Virus record (IMG/VR): IMGVR_UViG_3300035698_004199
Location: 10,292-74,291 of that record
Reading direction: 5' to 3' (one strand)
Origin: a virus
DNA: 64,000 nucleotides
A program made the translations under genes and the position numbers. The notes under the pieces were generated by a model. It did no database searches, was not told the origin of the DNA, and saw only the letters and a program-made list of their open reading frames with translations. Shown here piece by piece: positions 1 to 7,130 of this stretch (position 1 is the first letter of the stretch; each line of letters begins with the position of its first letter).

Positions 1-576
1 AACAGTTGCAGCCGCAACTCCGCTTACAAAAGCTATAACAGGGTTTGGATAGGTGCTTCCAAGCAGATCCCCCCCAGCAGCTCCTACAGGAGCCCTGCCA
101 TTTGTCATTCTTGTGTCCGAGGAAGTTACATATGGATTTATTGCGCTCGGGGCACCGGAAGTTCCTGCTAAAGCAGCTTTTTGTACAGTAGACGGGATGT
201 CTACATGTAGGTAGGCCACTTCGTGTGCTGCTCTTTGCCCTGCAACGGTTGCAGCAGCAACACCACCTACAAGGGCTACTGTTGGGGTGGGGTAATGCCC
301 ACTTAAGTCACCAGCAGCAGCCCCAGTCGTGGGCCTGCTGTCTGTCATACGAGCATCGCTGTTTGTAACATACTTGTTAGCAGCACTGGGAGCACCATCA
401 GTGCCAACCAGTGCACCCTTTTCGTTTGCACTTGGAAGTGTGGCATGGGCAAAGGCAGCTTCATGTGCTGTACGTTGTCCTGCAACAGCAGCAGTACCAT
501 CTATAAGATCTACCGTAGGGTCTGGGTAAGCACCGCCCAAATCACCACCAGCGGGGCCTGCAGGGTCAGCCCCCTT
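1..576 (-). CDS. Partial repeat protein (virion fibre/decoration-like, 'GGDLxGxYPxPTV' repeats); runs off the window start; start codon uncertain
   Basis: Not in the ORF track. Hand translation of the minus strand is open from 585 to 1: GADPAGPAGGDLGGAYPDPTV...GAAAGDLSGHYPTPTV...GAAGGDLLGSTYPNPVI, with units of 78-80 aa. The first canonical starts are TTG 540 and ATG 348, both inside the repeat region. Confidence 0.7.
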
Positions 577-629
577 AAGAAACCCTTACCTAATAGCTAG
601 ATAAATATAAACAATATAAACAGCCGAGT

Positions 630-645
630 CGGTTGATTAGTTATA
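630..645 (+). promoter_or_regulatory. Putative phage late promoter (CGGT-N7-TTATA)
   Basis: Lies in the divergent intergenic region upstream of the + strand operon. The same spaced motif recurs in other intergenic gaps. Confidence 0.5.
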
Positions 646-718
646 GGAAAGCCTTTGTTGAGGTCCTATGGTTTCGCCTCTTTTTCCCATAGGGCCTCAC
701 TTTAAGAGGAGCTATTCT

Positions 719-937
719 ATGGGATACAGACAATTATCAGACATACGGGTGTACGAGTATGTGCTAGAAGACGGCACAGTAGTCTGGTCTTTTACCAAAT
801 CACCGAATCTAGTAACACCGCCACAACGTATGTCCCTGCAAAACAAACACGGACTTCTTCTATCCTCCTTTATTGGAGGTCTTAGAAAAGAAGGCATGGC
901 ACTTTTACGCGGTGCTGAAGAAGATGATGTTGGGTAA
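719..937 (+). CDS. Hypothetical protein (72 aa)
   Basis: The RBS AAGAGGAG precedes ATG 719, which is in frame with the 668 ORF call. No recognisable motif. Confidence 0.7.
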   Translation: MGYRQLSDIRVYEYVLEDGTVVWSFTKSPNLVTPPQRMSLQNKHGLLLSSFIGGLRKEGMALLRGAEEDDVG

Positions 938-984
938 TATAGAGTAGATTCTATTGTGGAATAAATTTAAAAAGGAGAACACAG

Positions 985-1323
985 ATGACTGACAAGATGC
1001 CCGAAGTAGCAGGTGAGACACCCCAGGATCCCAACATTGTGGGGACACTGAACGAAGAAGAAATGCAGACCTTGTTTGGTTTGCGGCAGCAGGGAAGCCA
1101 GATCACTATGGAGATTGGTTCCTTGGAGCTTCGCAAGGCAAAGTTTTTGGGGGACATGGCCCGAGTGGAACAGAAGGGACAGGAACTTCTGCAATCCGTA
1201 GGAAAACGCTTGAATTTGGATGACCAGTCTTGGCAGGTATTGCCTGACGGTTGTATCCGAATGGTAGTTTTGGATACAGCTCCTGAAGCGGAGACTGCTA
1301 AGGAGACTGCGAAGGAAGGCTAG
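985..1323 (+). CDS. Small acidic coiled-coil hypothetical protein
   Basis: RBS AAGGAG; central helical heptad-like segment; abuts the next gene. Confidence 0.8.
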   Translation: MTDKMPEVAGETPQDPNIVGTLNEEEMQTLFGLRQQGSQITMEIGSLELRKAKFLGDMARVEQKGQELLQSVGKRLNLDDQSWQVLPDGCIRMVVLDTAPEAETAKETAKEG

Positions 1324-2736
1324 ATGACGCAAGGATGGGACCCCACTCCCGGACAGGTAATTTACCCACCTCAGAATGGTCAAGTGACTTCACCCTTTCA
1401 ACAGGGTGTCCACGACATACACTGGGACAACCCGGCATTATTGGGGGGTAACTCTCAATTTGTCGTGGTTGGGGTGAATATCTATAGATCTGATGTTTCA
1501 GATCGGGGTCCCTTTTTTCGTATTAACTCAGTTCCTCTAGGTGGCAACTTTTTCCGCGATGCCACTACTAATGAATACATTTACAAAGAGTCTGTACGGT
1601 GGGATACTGCTTGGGTTGCCAAGGGGGATGCTGCTAATAGTCGTAAGTGGGTTTTTAGAACTACAAGGCCCATAGTCAAACAAATCCCGGAAGGCCCCTT
1701 TCAGGTGGTTACGAATGCCAACCAACCTTCGGACATAACATTATATATAGATGGTGTGCAGGTTCCTGTGGATAGTTTGTTTGGCCCCACGGGTGATGTG
1801 ACTTTGATAAATGTGCCAACCTTTAATGGTGTTACTGAGAAAAACGATCCCGCAGCAATTCCAACAGCAGCCAGTGTAGTAGAAGTTTCTTACTGGACAA
1901 ATAGGAATCAAGTACGGTCTGGCTTAGGCAGCAACTTATTTTATAGGTTGACTACTGTAGTCCTAGACAGTACAACACCCAGTGGTTATCGTGAGTCTGA
2001 ACTTCAGAACACCCCGGTATTGACTCTGGGGGACGTGGAGAAAATAGATTACATTTGGCGGGAAGCTATTAGAAGGAATCACTGGATTCTGCAACAGGGT
2101 GGCGAACGTGTGAATGTGTTTATTAGGCGTCTATCAGGAATACCTTGTTATTGTGGTAAAGACGCTGAAACATATGAATACAATAAGCAGCCCTCAAATA
2201 GATGTACAATCTGTTTTGGAACTGGTTTCATTGGCGGGTATGAGGGCCCCTATACAGTTATAATAGGTCCCGACGATTCTGAACGTCGCATCTCACAAGG
2301 CCCTAATGGGCGTAGACAGGAACACACTTATGAAGTTTGGACCGGACCATCCCCTGTGATTACCCAGCGTGACTTTATAGTTAAACTGACTAATGAGCGT
2401 TACAGCGTAGGCCCTGTGCGAAGACCCTCTAATAGAGGCAATAGGCTGCAGCAACACTTTAACATAGCCTATCTGGATGAGCAAGATGTTCGGTATTCAG
2501 TGCCTATTGACGGAACAGTAAATTATACTTGGCCTGAGACTCGGTATGGCCTCCGTCATTACCCCCCCACACCTGTTGATGGACAGCCAGCAACAACTCA
2601 GTGGGCTGTACCAGAAGTTCCTCTCTATCCTGTAGGGGCTTCTGCTGAGATCCCTATGGAAACACAGAAGGCGGGCACGCCGGATGAAAAAGAACAAAGA
2701 GGCCGTACACCGGCTTGGGAAAACCAAAACACATAA
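1324..2736 (+). CDS. Putative neck / head-completion protein with CxC...CxxCxGTG zinc motif
   Basis: GERVNVFIRRLSGIPCYC...RCTICFGTGFIGGY resembles the Cys-rich neck proteins of large myophages. The gene sits upstream of the tail genes and has an N-terminal beta-rich insertion. Confidence 0.6.
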   Translation: MTQGWDPTPGQVIYPPQNGQVTSPFQQGVHDIHWDNPALLGGNSQFVVVGVNIYRSDVSDRGPFFRINSVPLGGNFFRDATTNEYIYKESVRWDTAWVAKGDAANSRKWVFRTTRPIVKQIPEGPFQVVTNANQPSDITLYIDGVQVPVDSLFGPTGDVTLINVPTFNGVTEKNDPAAIPTAASVVEVSYWTNRNQVRSGLGSNLFYRLTTVVLDSTTPSGYRESELQNTPVLTLGDVEKIDYIWREAIRRNHWILQQGGERVNVFIRRLSGIPCYCGKDAETYEYNKQPSNRCTICFGTGFIGGYEGPYTVIIGPDDSERRISQGPNGRRQEHTYEVWTGPSPVITQRDFIVKLTNERYSVGPVRRPSNRGNRLQQHFNIAYLDEQDVRYSVPIDGTVNYTWPETRYGLRHYPPTPVDGQPATTQWAVPEVPLYPVGASAEIPMETQKAGTPDEKEQRGRTPAWENQNT

Positions 2737-2747
2737 GGAGGTTTTCA

Positions 2748-3011
2748 ATGGCAACTTTTTTTGTTTCAGATCGTGTTAGGCTGTCTACTGGTGTAGAGGC
2801 TGTGGTTGTTTTGTCAACTTCAGGACTTGTTGCTATGGATAAGCAAGGGGCTATCTATCCTGAATCGGATCTCCTTGATGCACAGCTTGCTCCTGCACCA
2901 AGATGCGTAACAAATCCTTTCGGTCCTCCAAGAGGGCTTTCCAAGGTGACTGGATTTTCTGATTTTGATATTGCCGATGACGTAGATGCTTTGTCCGGCC
3001 CTTTACCTTAA
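2748..3011 (+). CDS. Hypothetical protein (87 aa)
   Basis: Strong RBS TAAGGAGG before ATG 2748. Confidence 0.7.
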   Translation: MATFFVSDRVRLSTGVEAVVVLSTSGLVAMDKQGAIYPESDLLDAQLAPAPRCVTNPFGPPRGLSKVTGFSDFDIADDVDALSGPLP

Positions 3012-3018
3012 TAATGTT

Positions 3019-3624
3019 ATGATTATCGCCCCACGCATAAGAGCAGTTTTTGGAGGCCCGCTAAGTAGAAAAACCGAAGTGACCTTTACACCAGAGATGC
3101 TGGAAAAAGTGGGTGCTTGTTTAGTAGAGGCTTTGTCAAATGAGTCAAAGAAGTACTTTGCTAAGCGGGGGTGGGTTGGACACGACCCTATGGGAGGACC
3201 GCCAATTTGGGAGTCTTTCTCTTATAGGATACGAGGTAAGAGCACCCTGGAATTAACTTCTACTTTTTATGGTATGAAGGAACTTGCAGCAGGGGGTATC
3301 CCGGAACGCAAGATGACGTGGCTTACTCAGGAAGCAAAGGACAGGAATCCTTCTGAATACCCGTTAACAAAACAGGAACAAAAACTAGGTATGAAAAGAA
3401 CGGGTAGAGTATCACAAGGTGATCGGATGCCCTTAATTGTGCCCATGAAAGGGACTGGTGGTATCGTGGTATTTAGGCAGGCCCCTTTAACAACGGGATC
3501 CGCTTGGGTTCATCCAGGTATTGCTAAGTTTACTTTTTTTGAGACTGCTTTAAGAAAGTGGCGGGGTGTTTGTGCTGAATTGATAGTCCAAGAAATGTTT
3601 GCCCAACTTTCAAGCGGCAAGTGA
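3019..3624 (+). CDS. Putative neck / virion morphogenesis protein
   Basis: Basic protein with a C-terminal AWVHPG...FFETAL motif reminiscent of HK97 gp10-like neck proteins, in the neck-gene neighbourhood. Start uncertain (2986 or 3019). Confidence 0.5.
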   Translation: MIIAPRIRAVFGGPLSRKTEVTFTPEMLEKVGACLVEALSNESKKYFAKRGWVGHDPMGGPPIWESFSYRIRGKSTLELTSTFYGMKELAAGGIPERKMTWLTQEAKDRNPSEYPLTKQEQKLGMKRTGRVSQGDRMPLIVPMKGTGGIVVFRQAPLTTGSAWVHPGIAKFTFFETALRKWRGVCAELIVQEMFAQLSSGK

Positions 3625-3634
3625 GGTAGTGAAT

Positions 3635-4195
3635 ATGAAAGAAGCAATTGTTAAGTGTCTCTGTGCTTTTCTAAAGTTAGCAGATCTAAACCTGGAACTA
3701 AAGCAAGGGGATGAAGTATCCTTGACTATGGGTGAGGTTATGAGTTCAAAAGACTTGAAGCGGGCTATTCGTTTCAGGGCTGTAACCATTACATATAGAA
3801 ATGTATGTAAAGAACAGAGGCTCCCTTCTGAAGAAGTGAAGGCCCCTAAAGTGGTGCCACCCGTAATGAAGCCCCATCCCGTGGCAGCCCCTGTAAAAGC
3901 ACCGGCAGTACAACCACAGCCTTCAGTTATCCCAAACCTGGTACAGGAATTGAAAAAAGAAATGATGTCCGGGTTAAAGCAATTGTTACAAGAGCTGGCA
4001 CCCCAAGTGATTGCAGGCAAAACGACACAAGTTTCACAGGTTTCTCAGGATACTCCAATGTTTATTCCTAAAGGGATGGTGTCTAAGGACACTGCTTCTG
4101 TGAAAGTGAAAACAGAACAGTCTGATGGGGGCTCTTTGGATAATGCAGCTGCGGTTTTGAAGAAAGCCCGCAAGGGAGGTAAGAAAAATGACTAA
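3635..4195 (+). CDS. Hypothetical protein with Pro-rich linker; possible partner of the actin-like protein
   Basis: RBS GAGGT before ATG 3635. Small N-terminal domain, Pro/Val/Lys-rich linker and basic C-terminal helix. Overlaps the next start by 8 nt. Confidence 0.75.
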   Translation: MKEAIVKCLCAFLKLADLNLELKQGDEVSLTMGEVMSSKDLKRAIRFRAVTITYRNVCKEQRLPSEEVKAPKVVPPVMKPHPVAAPVKAPAVQPQPSVIPNLVQELKKEMMSGLKQLLQELAPQVIAGKTTQVSQVSQDTPMFIPKGMVSKDTASVKVKTEQSDGGSLDNAAAVLKKARKGGKKND

Positions 4196-5201
4196 GGAAA
4201 AAACTTTGACAGGATGCTCTATAGATGTGGGCACCATGAATTTTGTTTCTGCTCGTAGGACAGCCAATGGGATTGAGACTAAACGTATGCGGGACGTGTT
4301 TTTGGATCTCCCGGCTAATGCAAAGAAGATGCTCAAACTTTCAGGGACCTCTTTTGTAGACCGTGGTGATGAGGTGTTAATCCTTGGGGATGCTGCTATG
4401 GAGATGGCTAATGTTTTTGGTAGGGAGCCCAGACGGCCTCTGTCAGCAGGTATTATTTCAGCTTCAGAAGCAGACAGTCTTGAAGTGCTTGGACTGTTGG
4501 TCAAAAGTGTGTTGGGTGAGCCAAAGAAGAAAGGCGAGGTTTGTTACTTTTCTGTACCGGCTGCTCCTATAGACGATCCAGGAAAAGATATTGTTTATCA
4601 CAAGGGTGTGTTTGAACGCATTATAAAGGAATGTGGGTACACACCGTTTGCAGGAAATGAGGCTATGGCACTCATCTATTCAGAGGCTGCAGCGGAAGGT
4701 TTCTCTGGATTATCGTTGAGCTACGGGTGCGGAATGACCAACGCTGCACTTGCAATAAATACTATTGAGGGCTTGACTTTTGCAGTAGGACGGGGCGGTG
4801 ACTTTATAGATCGTGGGGCAGCCCAGTCTGTAGGGTCTACACAGGCTAGAGTATGTGCAATCAAAGAAGCGGGGTTTGATCTGAATAACCCAGATGGCCG
4901 TGTCCAGGAGGCCCTAGCTTTCTATTACAAGGCTCTTATAGAGTATACACTAGATAACATAGTAGCTCGCTTCAAGTCCATTGAAGGCCAGTTTGCGCTG
5001 TCTAAGCCCATACCACTAATAATTTCAGGAGGTACGAGTTTGGCAGGTGGTTTTATGGAGTTCTTCGGTAAGGTGTTTGAGGAGCGTAGAAAGAAGTTTC
5101 CTATTGACATATCTGAAATCAGGCAGGCTAACGAGCCACTAAATGCCGTGGCTTATGGGCTACTGGTTCAAGCAATGCAAGAAGGAGAAGATGATGACTG
5201 A
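4188..5201 (+). CDS. Actin-like ATPase (ASKHA fold; MreB/ParM/MamK/Alp superfamily)
   Basis: All five actin-fold motifs occur in order within 337 aa: phosphate-1 IDVGT, connect-1 NEAMA, phosphate-2 SYGCGMTN (followed by GRGGDFID), adenosine ISGGTSLAGGF and connect-2 PLNAVAYG. Confidence 0.9.
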   Translation: MTKEKTLTGCSIDVGTMNFVSARRTANGIETKRMRDVFLDLPANAKKMLKLSGTSFVDRGDEVLILGDAAMEMANVFGREPRRPLSAGIISASEADSLEVLGLLVKSVLGEPKKKGEVCYFSVPAAPIDDPGKDIVYHKGVFERIIKECGYTPFAGNEAMALIYSEAAAEGFSGLSLSYGCGMTNAALAINTIEGLTFAVGRGGDFIDRGAAQSVGSTQARVCAIKEAGFDLNNPDGRVQEALAFYYKALIEYTLDNIVARFKSIEGQFALSKPIPLIISGGTSLAGGFMEFFGKVFEERRKKFPIDISEIRQANEPLNAVAYGLLVQAMQEGEDDD

Positions 5202-5343
5202 AGAAATTAGAGACATTGAATTTGTAGCGCTTCCTAAAGGTCTGTGGGCTTTTGTTGAGAGAGAAGGGGTAGAAGCGTTCGAAATTGAGAAAAGAGACAT
5301 ACCCGTAAAAATTAGGTTTGTCAAACCTGCTGACACAGAATAA
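5194..5343 (+). CDS. Small hypothetical protein (~49 aa)
   Basis: RBS AAGGAG; ATG at 5191/5194 overlaps the end of the actin-like gene. Confidence 0.6.
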   Translation: MTEEIRDIEFVALPKGLWAFVEREGVEAFEIEKRDIPVKIRFVKPADTE

Positions 5344-5363
5344 GACTAATAGGGAGGTGTCCC

Positions 5364-6563
5364 ATTTATTTCCGTTTAACAAGCGCATTGAAAAGAAGAT
5401 TCATCCAAGAGCTGCGGAAGTACTGGATGTACCATCCGCAGTATCCAGACTTGGCAAATAACATCCAAGGGAAGTATTCTTTTCAAGAGAGGCCCTCTTA
5501 TGGGATTATTGTTAAAACGGGCAGCGGAACTAAAGTAGACCTATCTGCAGACAATTATGTGGGCACTGTAATTAGCCACACCTATCTGGCAAAAGTACAA
5601 AACTTCCCAGGGCAAGCTATAGAGTGGGTACGGGAAGATGCTATTGCAATTCAAAACAACAATAGTAACTTTCCATCCCCTCCAGGTATTTACTACATAA
5701 CACTTACACAAGACAGAGAGTTTTATGTAGACCGAATGTTGGATGCCCGTGGGGAGCAAGTAGTCATGTCTGATTCCACACACGGTGTTCTACTTAGTCC
5801 ACCTATAGCGGGATCTATTCGATTGTATCAGGCTCCCTCTAACTATCAGTTAGTAGAAGGAACTGAGTACACACTAACCTTAGACGCAGCAGGGGATCCC
5901 ACTGGTGAGATTGCTTTGACAACACCCATACCTACCGGCTGGGTGTTAGTAGCGGACTATAGGCTAAATGGGGGGCAGGGCGGCCCTTATACAATCAACC
6001 CCAACTATGCTGATACAAAAGCTATCCCCGGTGTGGTTTTGGCTTTTGGGCGACGTAACCAGAAGGACGACCGGATGGCAGTGGTAGTAGAGCCTTATAG
6101 GCGGCCTACAGCCCTTGAATACGGTGGCCAATGGGAAATGACTCTGGACTTTGATGTCACTTCTAGAGACTTAGACGCTCAGCAAGAGATAGCAGATTTT
6201 TCGGTTATGTATCTTTGGGGTGTTTTGCGATCTCAGTTGGCTTCTGAAGGTTTGGTTATTACAGATGTTTCACTGGGTGGCGAGTCTGAAGAAGTTTATG
6301 ATGAGAATGGTGATGATTATTTTTACAATTCCAATTTTTCTGTTACTGTAACCACAGACTGGTCTATCCATGTACCGCTTGCAGTATTTGTCAGGGCGGT
6401 TTCACCTTTGCCACAAGACCAGCTGCGTTTACTCAGCATGCTACCGGATGACCAACTAGGGGCCGTCCAGAATAATATTACGATGCTGGAAAGCTTGGGA
6501 CTACAAAGTATGTCGGATCCTTATTTCAGCAACAGAACAGAAACTTTTGAAGCACTTAAATAA
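5364..6563 (+). CDS. Putative tail terminator / tail completion protein (probable ATT start)
   Basis: The C-terminal MTLDFDVTSRDLDAQQEIADF...FSVTVTTDW pattern fits the tail-terminator fold, and the gene lies shortly before the sheath. GGGAGGT precedes an in-frame ATT at 5364; the ORF track start is TTG 5388. Confidence 0.55.
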   Translation: MYFRLTSALKRRFIQELRKYWMYHPQYPDLANNIQGKYSFQERPSYGIIVKTGSGTKVDLSADNYVGTVISHTYLAKVQNFPGQAIEWVREDAIAIQNNNSNFPSPPGIYYITLTQDREFYVDRMLDARGEQVVMSDSTHGVLLSPPIAGSIRLYQAPSNYQLVEGTEYTLTLDAAGDPTGEIALTTPIPTGWVLVADYRLNGGQGGPYTINPNYADTKAIPGVVLAFGRRNQKDDRMAVVVEPYRRPTALEYGGQWEMTLDFDVTSRDLDAQQEIADFSVMYLWGVLRSQLASEGLVITDVSLGGESEEVYDENGDDYFYNSNFSVTVTTDWSIHVPLAVFVRAVSPLPQDQLRLLSMLPDDQLGAVQNNITMLESLGLQSMSDPYFSNRTETFEALK

Positions 6564-6577
6564 AGGAGGCTGAATTT

Positions 6578-7018
6578 ATGCCACGGTATCAATATCAATG
6601 TAATTGCGGGGTGCTTTTTGAAGCAACAGCCTCTATGAAGGATCACAGTCAAACAAAGCCTTGTCCTGATTGTGGTGAGCAATCATCTAGAAAAATGCCT
6701 ACAGATATTAACAGCACATTCAATCAGAGTATGGAAGGGATAGGCCCACAGAATACAGGGGTGTCACAGTTGGATGCTCATATAGATAGAGTGATAGGGC
6801 AGTCTGCACAACAGAGCTGGTCTGAGATAGAAAAACGTGAGCGTGTCAAAAAAGAAATACTGGCTAAGAATCCTAATATTCCTGTATCACAACTATCAAG
6901 AAATCCAGACGGATCTTATAGAATACTAAAGCCAGAAGAAAAGGCTGTGCAGGAAAGAGCCTTGAAAATTGACGCCCTAGCAGTTGAAAATCAGAAAAAT
7001 AACCCCCCTCCTAATTAG
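6578..7018 (+). CDS. FmdB-family zinc-ribbon protein
   Basis: MPRYQYQCNCG..FE...CPDCG matches the FmdB N-terminal signature; RBS AAGGAGG. Confidence 0.85.
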   Translation: MPRYQYQCNCGVLFEATASMKDHSQTKPCPDCGEQSSRKMPTDINSTFNQSMEGIGPQNTGVSQLDAHIDRVIGQSAQQSWSEIEKRERVKKEILAKNPNIPVSQLSRNPDGSYRILKPEEKAVQERALKIDALAVENQKNNPPPN

Positions 7019-7025
7019 CATCCTT

Positions 7026-7041
7026 CGTTTTTCCCTTGATA
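7026..7041 (+). promoter_or_regulatory. Putative late promoter for the sheath gene (CGTT-N7-TGATA)
   Basis: Instance of the recurrent spaced motif in the gap before the sheath gene. Confidence 0.45.
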
Positions 7042-7130
7042 CTTTTGTTTTAATAGTGTGGCAGGTCTATCCGGTCACTATGAAAATGTGAAGATTTTTT
7101 GGGCTTTAACCTATGTATGCGAGGTACTCA

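Noticed and set aside
601-636. ATATAAACA direct repeat and CAGCCGA-G-TCGGTTG near-palindrome as an origin or parC-like centromere for the actin-like protein
   Set aside because: Only two short copies are present. They are better explained as part of the divergent promoter region.
4188-5201. Naming the actin-like gene mreB, parM or ftsA
   Set aside because: Only fold-level motifs are recognisable. Phosphate-2 is atypical, and there is no mreCD, parR/parC or ftsZ context.
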